64,000 nucleotides of DNA from an uncultured virus (IMG/VR IMGVR_UViG_3300025502_000012) (Duplodnaviria; Heunggongvirae; Uroviricota; Caudoviricetes), in the IMG/VR virus record IMGVR_UViG_3300025502_000012. The stretch is one strand, 5' to 3'. Within the stretch, counting starts at the first letter, position 1; each line of letters begins with the position of its first letter. The translations under genes were made by a program, and so were the position numbers. Shown piece after piece: positions 50,521-58,679 of this stretch. The notes beneath the pieces are model-generated. The model was not told the DNA's origin and did not search any database. It worked only from the letters and a program-made list of their open reading frames with translations.

Positions 50521-53097
50521 TTAAACTGCATCAAAGGTAATGCTTGTATTATCAAATGAAGCTCTATCTTCATCAAAACTATCGTTAGATATATGGAATA
50601 TTTCAGCTGGTAAAGCAAATTGAGTTTTTAGTTTATGTGAAAAATCACCTAAAACATTTAATTCACCATCAATACTAGCATTTAGTGTTCCCATTAATCT
50701 TAAATCGTTTAATTGTGCCAGTTGTATTTGACTAGCGTAATGGGTATTTAATATTAAATGAGATAAAGAGTGTAAGTTAGGACCAGCTACAGCTCTACCG
50801 TATTTGGTAGTATTATTTCTAATTGTAGTTAACTCTTTAAATTTCAAGTCAAATCTCATATGTCTAACTAAAGTTATATCTCTTGTATTAGGTGTAAAGT
50901 GTTCAACTGTACTATCTGTAAAATCTGGATCAATTCCTCTTTCAGAATTTGCTCTTAAAGAAGTACCATCATCTGTTGTACCTAATCTTCTACCAAATAT
51001 TGTAGAGAATAAAGTATTTACAATTGATGCAATTTGTTCGTAATCTACACCAGAATTAATTCCTGTTATCTGTTTTATTTGAGCATCAATTTGTGATTGA
51101 ATGTCTACTTGTCCTGTGAAATAAAAACCAGATGTATGCATAGTCTTCTTAAAACTATCTCTCCAGTCAGCTATTGTACGACCAACTTTAATTACATAAG
51201 AAAAATCTTGGTAGTATAAACTATCTTGTACTCTCATTGAAGTTTCGGAAGTCCAACTATCTTGGTTTATAAAAGTACCAGCTGTATCAACAACATTACC
51301 TATTGTCATTGTTGCTGTTGCTAAATCATTTTTTTCTACTGTAGCAGTTGCACCACCACTAGAAGTTATAGGTGTATTTTCAGCAAAGACACCTGTTGAA
51401 CTAGAAACTTTTAATACACCTGTACTTAATGTATAAGACACTACGGTAGCTGTTATTGCTGTTGAAGAACTGTTAACACCTGAAATTGTATCACCAGCTA
51501 AAAAAGAACCTGTTAAATTTGATATAATTAAATAACTTGGTAATGCTAATGTAGGTGGAGAGGGTGACGCTTCATAACCTGCGCCAGACTCAATAATCTT
51601 TACTCCTAGTATTCTACCTATATCTGTACCATAAGCATAGACAACTGCGCCTGAGCCAGTTGTAGTAGCTGCTGCTACCACTGGTAAAGATTTATAATTA
51701 TTTCCAGCTGATATAATTCTTATATCTGTAATATCGTTTGAGCCTGATCCACTTTCTTGTACAATCTTATTTCCTGTGTACGAATCACCTCTAGTTGTTT
51801 CATCTTCTAATACAATGTGATCAGTAGAAGTAGCACCAACTGTTCCGTTTTCTGTTGTAATACCACCATTAACAACTGAAACTTTTGCTCTTGCTGAACC
51901 ACCACCTGTGTTTGTATTTGTAAATACTATATCATCACCAATCTCATAACTTGAACCACCACTTGCTATTATAAATTCTGTAATACCACTACGACCAACT
52001 GCATCAACTTGAACAATAGCTCCTTGTCCACCACCTGTTGTTGTTATCGAATCATTTTCACTATACAAACTACCATCGTTAGTAATTGTTGTTGTACTAG
52101 GTATTCCTGTGATTGTAGCTTTAATGTAAATATCATCTTCATCACTTGCTGTACCTCTGATAACTTCACCAGTAGTAAAGGTGCCTACAATTGTATCAGC
52201 GTTTAATATAAATTCTGATACTTCATTTATACCTATTTGAAATTTAAATATGTTTTCTATGATAGCAGTTGCACCAGAAGTTTCACCTTCTATTGAACGA
52301 CCAATTAATTGTGATGTTTCACCATTTACAGTAAGTGCTCTTAATATCTTACTTGTACTCCATTTACCATCTGATGCTCTTAAAATATTTTCTCTAGGAT
52401 ATATTGTTTCAGATTCTAGGCCAAATAACAATCTAAAAAATAATTGATGTCCACGATTAGTACCTTTTGCTTTGTAAACTGATTTAATATTTTTAATTAA
52501 CTTTCTTTTATCAACACCTGTACTTAAAATTTCAGGTAGAGTGTTTAAAAACTCATTTCTAAACTTTGTTAAGAAACTAGATATTGCTTTATCTGGATCT
52601 CTAAAGTTTAATAAATCTTGTATTGTGTTTACAGGGTTAGGTTTGTAATTATTGATTATTGCTGTTGCGATTGAACTAGCACCTACTATTGTTTCACCAT
52701 CAATAAATTTATCTTGTGCTGATATGAAAAGTCTATTGTTATTTAAATCTTCAGCAAGAACTGTTGCTGTTGCGTTTGAAGTTTGTCCAGTAATTGTTTC
52801 ACCTCTAGTAAACTTACCAAAAGTTGTACTTTCCAAAAGTATCTTATCACCAGCATCTAATTGTGTTCTATCTGTATCAATACGAGAACCATCTAAAATT
52901 AATTCATTTGTTTGAGCAGTTTCTGTTTCTAGTTGAATGCCGTCAGTTGTTTGAACAGAAGTCACACCTAACTCGGCAGACTCCATAAAAGTATAATAAG
53001 TTTTTAAAAACTCTAAAAATTTAGGGTGTTGTTCTAATACGAACTCTGGAACCTGTTGATTGACCAGGTTGGATATTTTGTCTGTGAACTTAGCCAT
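50521..53097 (-). CDS. gp7: Baseplate wedge subunit
   Basis: QVPEFV, YKAKGT..LFFRLLF, ASDGKW, QDSLYYQDFSYVIK, H.SGF. Confidence 0.8.
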   Translation of the reverse strand: MAKFTDKISNLVNQQVPEFVLEQHPKFLEFLKTYYTFMESAELGVTSVQTTDGIQLETETAQTNELILDGSRIDTDRTQLDAGDKILLESTTFGKFTRGETITGQTSNATATVLAEDLNNNRLFISAQDKFIDGETIVGASSIATAIINNYKPNPVNTIQDLLNFRDPDKAISSFLTKFRNEFLNTLPEILSTGVDKRKLIKNIKSVYKAKGTNRGHQLFFRLLFGLESETIYPRENILRASDGKWSTSKILRALTVNGETSQLIGRSIEGETSGATAIIENIFKFQIGINEVSEFILNADTIVGTFTTGEVIRGTASDEDDIYIKATITGIPSTTTITNDGSLYSENDSITTTGGGQGAIVQVDAVGRSGITEFIIASGGSSYEIGDDIVFTNTNTGGGSARAKVSVVNGGITTENGTVGATSTDHIVLEDETTRGDSYTGNKIVQESGSGSNDITDIRIISAGNNYKSLPVVAAATTTGSGAVVYAYGTDIGRILGVKIIESGAGYEASPSPPTLALPSYLIISNLTGSFLAGDTISGVNSSSTAITATVVSYTLSTGVLKVSSSTGVFAENTPITSSGGATATVEKNDLATATMTIGNVVDTAGTFINQDSWTSETSMRVQDSLYYQDFSYVIKVGRTIADWRDSFKKTMHTSGFYFTGQVDIQSQIDAQIKQITGINSGVDYEQIASIVNTLFSTIFGRRLGTTDDGTSLRANSERGIDPDFTDSTVEHFTPNTRDITLVRHMRFDLKFKELTTIRNNTTKYGRAVAGPNLHSLSHLILNTHYASQIQLAQLNDLRLMGTLNASIDGELNVLGDFSHKLKTQFALPAEIFHISNDSFDEDRASFDNTSITFDAV

Positions 53098-54950
53098 TAG
53101 TAGTTAGATGTTGTTGTATAACCTACGCCAGCATCAGCAGAGCCACCAACAAAGGTATCTGCCTCTACTGTGATTGTTGAATTTGCTGTATCTATTTCTA
53201 AAATTTGATCTCTTACAGGAACTATGTCATATGACGCTGGTTCAACAGTCACTTCAATTACAGATGATGTTGCACTTCGTATATTTTCTATTGTTGCAAC
53301 TGTTAATGAGTTAATTGTGACCTGTCCTGTTGAATAGTTTATTGTACCTTGTGTACTGTTTACATATGTTCTAACAGCACCTACAAAATAAAATCTTCTT
53401 ACATTACCATTACCATCATCATCTAGGTAATAAACATTAGTATCATTTGGAACTTTGAAACCAGTTGAACTTATTACACCACCAGCACTTGACTTGTGGC
53501 CTGCATGAGGATTGTGAACACCATTTCTAAAATAAACATCATATCTAGTTGATGTATTTAATGTAGGAGTAAATGATTTTCTAACTTTTAAACTAGTGAC
53601 ATTAGATAATATACTATTGTCTGTGTTATCAATTAAGCCTATAATTTTTGAATGTCTAAACACACCATCAAATTTATTTAATGTATCAGTATTATAAGCT
53701 GTTAATGCTGTAATAACATCTGATTTTAAAGTGTCAAGTGTTTTAGTTGTTGCTCTTTCATCATATTTAACAGTTGTTGTTAATACTAGCGATGTAGTTT
53801 CTGGATCAACAATTTCTGGTCTAACAGAGGCAACATTGTATTTTCTTAATTGAGCTACAATACTTTCTTTTGTAGCTTCGGTAAGTGTAGAGCCTGACGC
53901 TGCTTTAACAGCAATCTTTACTACACCATAAATTGGAGTTTCATCATCTTCTCCACCCCAAGCTGAAACTGATTGAGCATTTGGGTATAATTCTTGTACT
54001 AGTGTTTCATAATCAGAAGTAGTGACTGCTCTATCTTGTCTAGCATATTGTAAAGGAGCATTATATCTAATTGATTCTTTTGTTTGTGCTTCCGCTCCAC
54101 CTTGAGCACTTGAAACTGTTGTGATTGAAACATTTGTAAATCCGCCAACATTACCTGATAGAGTAAATAGACTTGCTCCATTTGCGTCAGCTTTATTAGA
54201 AACAATATATTCTAAAATTACTATATTACCATCATCTAAATTTTTACCTACTGTACCATCTCCAAAATAAACTTCAAATTTTCCATCTTCACCTTCTTGT
54301 AAGAAATAAGCTTTTGTAGTAGGGTCAATTGATGTAATACCTGTAGCTTTTGTCCAAGTATTTAAAGTAGTATCTGATACTGAATTTTGTACTGAAACTT
54401 TTAATGTAGAAGTATCCGCATTAGCACTTGGTATAATAAATCTTTGATCTGGATCAGAACTATTTGCTGTATATTTAAAAGTGACTAGTGTACCTTCAAA
54501 AACAGATATGTTTGAAAATTTGTAAACACCATTTAGTGGTGTTGCTGTGTGAGTTGCGTTAGTGACAAATTGATAAGTCGTTCCGTCAACTGTAGATGTG
54601 AAAGTTGTACCTTTTGTCATTGTGACTGCAGAACCAGAACCATTATTAATTAGAATATCAATTATTCCTGCTGATGCTTTTGGTGATGTTGGAGTATATC
54701 CTAACATCTTCGCCAACGATACAATATTTTTTCTAATGTCAGCACTGTCTAGGTACATTTCATTTGCTAACATATTAGCATTGAAACCTAGGTAGTGAGT
54801 ATTGTAAGCAAGAACATCTAAAAGAACTGCGAAACCTGATCCTTCAAAGTTATAATCTTGGAACTCTGATTGATTTTGTAAAAATGTTTTTAGATTGCTT
54901 TTGATATTATCAAAGTCTAATTCTGATACTTCTAATTTATTACTTGCCAT
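53097..54950 (-). CDS. gp6: Baseplate wedge subunit
   Basis: LDFDNIK, DYNFEGS, LAYNTHY, QDRAVT..DY, WGGED. Confidence 0.93.
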   Translation of the reverse strand: MASNKLEVSELDFDNIKSNLKTFLQNQSEFQDYNFEGSGFAVLLDVLAYNTHYLGFNANMLANEMYLDSADIRKNIVSLAKMLGYTPTSPKASAGIIDILINNGSGSAVTMTKGTTFTSTVDGTTYQFVTNATHTATPLNGVYKFSNISVFEGTLVTFKYTANSSDPDQRFIIPSANADTSTLKVSVQNSVSDTTLNTWTKATGITSIDPTTKAYFLQEGEDGKFEVYFGDGTVGKNLDDGNIVILEYIVSNKADANGASLFTLSGNVGGFTNVSITTVSSAQGGAEAQTKESIRYNAPLQYARQDRAVTTSDYETLVQELYPNAQSVSAWGGEDDETPIYGVVKIAVKAASGSTLTEATKESIVAQLRKYNVASVRPEIVDPETTSLVLTTTVKYDERATTKTLDTLKSDVITALTAYNTDTLNKFDGVFRHSKIIGLIDNTDNSILSNVTSLKVRKSFTPTLNTSTRYDVYFRNGVHNPHAGHKSSAGGVISSTGFKVPNDTNVYYLDDDGNGNVRRFYFVGAVRTYVNSTQGTINYSTGQVTINSLTVATIENIRSATSSVIEVTVEPASYDIVPVRDQILEIDTANSTITVEADTFVGGSADAGVGYTTTSNY

Positions 54951-54951
54951 T

Positions 54952-55380
54952 TTATCTTAATCTTTCTAAAAATGTTTCTACTGTTATTGGTTGTACTACT
55001 CCTATTACATAGAAACTAATTGATACTGCATATCTATTTCTATCTAAATCTGGTTTAGCAATAATTTGTACTAATTTAATTCTTGGTTCAAAATTATTTA
55101 AAACTTCTTCAATTTTTCTTTGTAAGTTTAGAGCTGTCAATGGTGTCACTGGCTCAAATAATAATGCTCTTACATTACCACCAATCTCTGGGTGAAAAGG
55201 TCTTTCAAAGTGATTAGTTTGAATTAAATTTCTAACACTTCTTTTAACTGCCTCTGCGTCAGTCAATTTATTTACATCATTAGTGACTACATTTCTATTA
55301 AAGTCTAAATCTAGGTCTTTGTATATACGACTTGATCTTTTACTTTTATTAGATACATTTTCTACACTATAATTAGGCAT
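54952..55380 (-). CDS. gp25: Baseplate wedge subunit
   Basis: AVKRSVRNLI.T...ERPF.P..G, FEPRI; TATAAATA at 55386-55393. Confidence 0.92.
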   Translation of the reverse strand: MPNYSVENVSNKSKRSSRIYKDLDLDFNRNVVTNDVNKLTDAEAVKRSVRNLIQTNHFERPFHPEIGGNVRALLFEPVTPLTALNLQRKIEEVLNNFEPRIKLVQIIAKPDLDRNRYAVSISFYVIGVVQPITVETFLERLR

Positions 55381-55395
55381 ACCAATATTTATACA

Positions 55396-55689
55396 CTAAC
55401 CAGAGGATACATTTGAGCTTCCTGTAGAAGCAGCATTAGGTACCCAACTACCATGACCACCAGTTGCGTCACCAACTCTATGAATAGCGATACTATTTAC
55501 TCTAACTGTTGAACTACCTGCCACAGCAGGGTCGCCACAACTTGTTGTATCACCAACTCTAATTGAGGCAGCGCTGTTTATTGATACATTTGGCGAACCA
55601 CCTGTATATGCTGTTTGATGAAAGGGATTGGGTGTTGGACTTGCGTGTCCTACATGAACATCTAAACCTGATCTAACACATGCTGGCAT
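55396..55689 (-). CDS. PAAR-domain spike tip protein (T4 gp5.4-like)
   Basis: GSPNVSIN, RVGD..SCG, RVGD..GGHG, GSSNV. Confidence 0.88.
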   Translation of the reverse strand: MPACVRSGLDVHVGHASPTPNPFHQTAYTGGSPNVSINSAASIRVGDTTSCGDPAVAGSSTVRVNSIAIHRVGDATGGHGSWVPNAASTGSSNVSSG

Positions 55690-55832
55690 TATTTTCCTTG
55701 TGAGTTGTAAACTTTAAACGATCTTTTCTTACTTTTGTTCATTGAACTCAATTTTACGCCTTTTCTATTTCCTTGTGATGTTTTTTTAGGCATTCTTTCG
55801 TGTGGTACATAACCTTTTGATATTTTAGCCAT
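55689..55832 (-). CDS. Small basic protein (not in ORF track)
   Basis: MAKISKGYVPHERMPKKTSQGNRKGVKLSSMNKSKKRSFKVYNSQGK, coupled by TAATG overlaps at both ends. Confidence 0.7.
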   Translation of the reverse strand: MAKISKGYVPHERMPKKTSQGNRKGVKLSSMNKSKKRSFKVYNSQGK

Positions 55833-56086
55833 TATCTACTACTTTGAGCGAGTTTTGCCGCTGCTTTCTTTTTTTCTATTATTATTGCCTGTCTAATTTT
55901 TCTACCTACTGGTATTTCAACAGAATCACTAATTTGTTTGCCTCTTTTACTGATATATTCAACACCAATAATTTTATCTTTAAAATCACCTTGAACAGCT
56001 ATGATAGCTTTCTTCAAACTCATTTTTTCAACTTCTTTTTCATCACCATTTTCATTCCAAAACTTAAACATTCTCATTTTACTCAT
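55832..56086 (-). CDS. Hypothetical basic protein
   Basis: Intact ORF with GGAG RBS, coupled to the next gene. Confidence 0.65.
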   Translation of the reverse strand: MSKMRMFKFWNENGDEKEVEKMSLKKAIIAVQGDFKDKIIGVEYISKRGKQISDSVEIPVGRKIRQAIIIEKKKAAAKLAQSSR

Positions 56087-56091
56087 TATTT

Positions 56092-56250
56092 TTATGCTCC
56101 ATTAAATAAATCTTCATTATTTGTTATTTTTTCTTCTTTTTCTTCGTGTCTGCAGTTTCTACAACACAAAGTTTCTCCAGCTTCATCATATTTCTGCCAA
56201 CAATACTTATCACAGTGGCAATTGTGTCCGCAATTTTGACAATATATCAT
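56092..56250 (-). CDS. Small Cys/His-rich metal-binding protein (not in ORF track)
   Basis: MIYCQNCGHNCHCDKYCW...LCCRNCRH; 8 Cys + 3 His in 35 aa; TATAAATA at 56257-56264. Confidence 0.65.
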   Translation of the reverse strand: MIYCQNCGHNCHCDKYCWQKYDEAGETLCCRNCRHEEKEEKITNNEDLFNGA

Positions 56251-56264
56251 ATATCTTATTTATA

Positions 56265-56447
56265 TTAGTATTTACAACGCACATTTGCGTGTTGTAGATT
56301 CGTTTCTGTCAATTTTCCCTTATTTTCTAACGCTGAATCACCAATTTTTTCTAAATCTGGCCTAATTTTACACGCTTTTATTGAACAAGAACAAACCATG
56401 AACAAAATAATTAAAAAACTGACTAATAGCAAGGGTTTTTTTATCAT
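56265..56447 (-). CDS. Putative small lipoprotein
   Basis: Basic N-terminus, hydrophobic stretch, lipobox-like VCSC. Confidence 0.45.
   Translation of the reverse strand: MIKKPLLLVSFLIILFMVCSCSIKACKIRPDLEKIGDSALENKGKLTETNLQHANVRCKY
56389..56403 (+). promoter_or_regulatory. Alphaproteobacterial LexA-like box
   Basis: GAAC-AAACCAT-GAAC upstream of the + strand early cluster (extended -10 TGATATATT at 56495-56503). Confidence 0.5.
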
Positions 56448-56512
56448 TTATTTTGCTTTTTAACCATTTTATTACTGTACTATTCTATTTATCCTGATAT
56501 ATTAGCTAGTAT

Positions 56513-56725
56513 ATGATAAACAAAAACATAAAAACAAATAATATGACGATAGTTAGAAATATCGCATATAAACAAATAGAAAAAATGAATAAGAATATCA
56601 AAGAAGTTATTGAAGTTGATAATACTCTATTAACTATGATTGATATTAATATGAAAAACGCTATTAACAAAATTATTAACGACTACAAATTAAAACAACA
56701 TTTTGATTGGTTAGAAATCAAATAA
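56513..56725 (+). CDS. Early hypothetical protein
   Basis: First ORF of the + strand cluster. Confidence 0.6.
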   Translation: MINKNIKTNNMTIVRNIAYKQIEKMNKNIKEVIEVDNTLLTMIDINMKNAINKIINDYKLKQHFDWLEIK

Positions 56726-56744
56726 CAACAAGGGAGAAAACACT

Positions 56745-57029
56745 ATGACTACACTATCTACTAAAGCAATGAGTGACATTGAGAAATACAACAAGTTGAG
56801 AGAACAAGAAATATTAGATTTAACTAACAAGTATAGATCAGATAAAAAAGAAACATCTGTTGTTAAAGGTATACCGATTGAACTATTAAGTAGATTTAAA
56901 ACTTACATGAAAGTTATGAAAAAAAATGTTAGATTTAGATACAGAGGTATTACTACAGATTTATATGACAGACCACAATCGTTTTGTCATTTAGCTGGTG
57001 CAACAAGTTTCGCAATATATAAAAAATAA
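56745..57029 (+). CDS. Early hypothetical protein
   Basis: GGGAG-AAAACACT-ATG RBS. Confidence 0.7.
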   Translation: MTTLSTKAMSDIEKYNKLREQEILDLTNKYRSDKKETSVVKGIPIELLSRFKTYMKVMKKNVRFRYRGITTDLYDRPQSFCHLAGATSFAIYKK

Positions 57030-57044
57030 CAAAAGGAGTAAACT

Positions 57045-57248
57045 ATGAAAACACAAAAAAACAAAATGAAAAAAGTATATGAATATATGACAGTATTCTT
57101 CGCAGTACTAGGTACCTTAGCTATGGTATCAGCAACTGGTGCGGTAGAAACTGATCAATGGCTATTAGGTGCGGCAGCTGTGAGTACAGGTATTGCCAGC
57201 TTTATTATATCATTATTTTCACAACAATTATATTCGGAGGCTAAGTAA
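57045..57248 (+). CDS. Small two-TM membrane protein
   Basis: AAGGAG RBS; two hydrophobic segments. Confidence 0.7.
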   Translation: MKTQKNKMKKVYEYMTVFFAVLGTLAMVSATGAVETDQWLLGAAAVSTGIASFIISLFSQQLYSEAK

Positions 57249-57505
57249 TGATTAAAGAAATGAACACTTTTAATAATAAGTTATTTTCAATGTCTATTGA
57301 AGACTTGAATAACACTAAAGACTTAATCGCTGACATTATTAAGAACAAAGTAAAGTCTGTAATGAAAGTTGGTATGAAAGTTAATGTGGTACAAAAAACT
57401 AAAAAGACACCAGGTGTGATTACAAAAATCATGCAATCAAAATGTTTAGTTGATTTATCTGGTAGAGTATACAGAGTACCTATGTCAATGTTGGAGGTTG
57501 CGTAA
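57248..57505 (+). CDS. Small hypothetical protein, SH3/KOW-like C-terminus
   Basis: KVGMKVNV...G.ITKI....CLVD....YRVPMSML; GGAGG RBS. Confidence 0.65.
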   Translation: MIKEMNTFNNKLFSMSIEDLNNTKDLIADIIKNKVKSVMKVGMKVNVVQKTKKTPGVITKIMQSKCLVDLSGRVYRVPMSMLEVA

Positions 57506-57849
57506 TGATAAGAGTAGAAGAAAAATCAGAAACACTATTAGCTGGTATCGGTAAAATGATTGACGCCATGGTTGTTGATTATAGTAAAGGCAATACTAAT
57601 GAAAGAATGTTTAACGAATACAAAGATGGTTTTAAAACTATCGTTGGTCAAAAGTTTATCAAAGTGACTAATAACGGTAGTGTAAAAGCTTTTGTTGTTA
57701 AACAAGACGATGGTAGATTTAAAATGGGTGATATACTTAAAGCATCTAGTTGGAGAGCTCCAGCAAAGAATAGAGCTAGAGGTAATGTACTAGAAGCTGG
57801 TTATTCTATTCAATGGACAGGACCATTATATTTGAGAGGTTATAATTAA
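57505..57849 (+). CDS. Conserved marine-phage hypothetical protein
   Basis: GDILKASSWRAPAKNRARGNV...WTGPLYL; GGAGG RBS. Confidence 0.75.
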   Translation: MIRVEEKSETLLAGIGKMIDAMVVDYSKGNTNERMFNEYKDGFKTIVGQKFIKVTNNGSVKAFVVKQDDGRFKMGDILKASSWRAPAKNRARGNVLEAGYSIQWTGPLYLRGYN

Positions 57850-57850
57850 A

Positions 57851-57979
57851 ATGAATAATAAAAGAAATAAATTAGAAAGAAAACTAGATGAATACAATCA
57901 CACAATGGAGTTGATCAGAACTATCATTCCAGTTGCGATATTATGTCTTCAGGTAGTTATATTGGTAAAACTTATATGA
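57851..57979 (+). CDS. Small membrane protein (not in ORF track)
   Basis: MNNKRNKLERKLDEYNHTMELIRTIIPVAILCLQVVILVKLI; GAGG RBS; ATGA overlap with the next gene. Confidence 0.6.
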   Translation: MNNKRNKLERKLDEYNHTMELIRTIIPVAILCLQVVILVKLI

Positions 57980-58140
57980 TAAAAAAAGGTAAATGTACAG
58001 TATGTAAAAAAGTATTCATATTAAAGAAAGATGAATCACTTATAGGTAAACTAGGAATAATACCTGTTGATCTATGTAAGACACACTTAAAAAAAGTTTT
58101 ATCTTATGATGAAATGAATTTAAATGATACAAGGGTATAA
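57976..58140 (+). CDS. Small zinc-finger-like protein (start revised to 57976)
   Basis: CTVC...CKTH. Confidence 0.6.
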   Translation: MIKKGKCTVCKKVFILKKDESLIGKLGIIPVDLCKTHLKKVLSYDEMNLNDTRV

Positions 58141-58358
58141 TGGACAAGTATCTTAAATGGATAGCGACAGGATTTCTAATGATAGGTTGTGCTGCTAACT
58201 CTGTGGGTATATATCCACTAGGACCAATCACTACTTTAATAGGTGGGTTCTGTTGGTTGGCCGTAGCTATCATGTGGAAAGAAGCCGCACTCATAACAAC
58301 CAATCTTGTATTATCAACAATCACTATTGTCGGTTTAGTATATACATATATTCATTAA
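58140..58358 (+). CDS. Small multi-TM membrane protein
   Basis: LKWIAT...IYPLG....G...W; hydrophobic throughout. Confidence 0.7.
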   Translation: MDKYLKWIATGFLMIGCAANSVGIYPLGPITTLIGGFCWLAVAIMWKEAALITTNLVLSTITIVGLVYTYIH

Positions 58359-58363
58359 CACAG

Positions 58364-58437
58364 GCAGGTGTAGTTAAACGGTATAACACCTATTTGTGGA
58401 ATAGAAGTCGGTTGTTCAACTCAACCCGCCTGTACCA
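58364..58437 (+). tRNA. tRNA-His(GUG)
   Basis: Acceptor GCAGGTG/CGCCTGT, D arm, anticodon loop TT-GTG-GA, T arm GGTTG-TTCAACT-CAACC, A73, encoded CCA. Confidence 0.92.
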
Positions 58438-58440
58438 AAT

Positions 58441-58596
58441 TTAAATTCCTTGTAGTCTAGGATCCTTAGAAAAAAGATTTTTCTTCGCCTTTGGTCTAGC
58501 GACACTATCTTTACTTCTTTTTCTTAATTGAGCTCTAGTAGAAATTTCTTTACTTATCTCTTTTCTTTGAGCTCGTAGGTCTTTTATTAAGTCCAT
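58441..58596 (-). CDS. Riboswitch-associated small basic protein, 51 aa (not in ORF track)
   Basis: MDLIKDLRAQRKEISKEISTRAQLRKRSKDSVARPKAKKNLFSKDPRLQGI with AAGGAG RBS. Confidence 0.8.
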   Translation of the reverse strand: MDLIKDLRAQRKEISKEISTRAQLRKRSKDSVARPKAKKNLFSKDPRLQGI

Positions 58597-58613
58597 ACTT
58601 TCTCCTTTTAAAA

Positions 58614-58666
58614 GAGCGTTTCTTCAACCTTTGTGGTTTACTTCCGTCCGTTTCCGGATAAACGAT
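58614..58666 (-). ncRNA. Glutamine-I riboswitch (glnA RNA motif)
   Basis: CGTTT-A-TCCG(GAAA)CGGA-C-GGAAGTA-AACC(ACAAA)GGTT-GAAG-AAACG-C: three-way junction with GGAAGUA/GAAG E-loop. Confidence 0.85.
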
Positions 58667-58671
58667 ATAAC

Positions 58672-58679
58672 TATTTATT
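58672..58679 (-). promoter_or_regulatory. Late-promoter variant driving the riboswitch transcript
   Basis: AATAAATA-GTTAT-A puts the predicted start at 58666, the riboswitch 5' end. Confidence 0.55.

Noticed and set aside
6752..55000. Many short + strand ORFs in the track lying opposite structural genes
   Set aside because: Antisense shadows of well-supported minus-strand genes, with no RBS or recognisable motifs
58253..58444. 63-aa + strand ORF
   Set aside because: Overlaps tRNA-His and a better-supported membrane-protein gene
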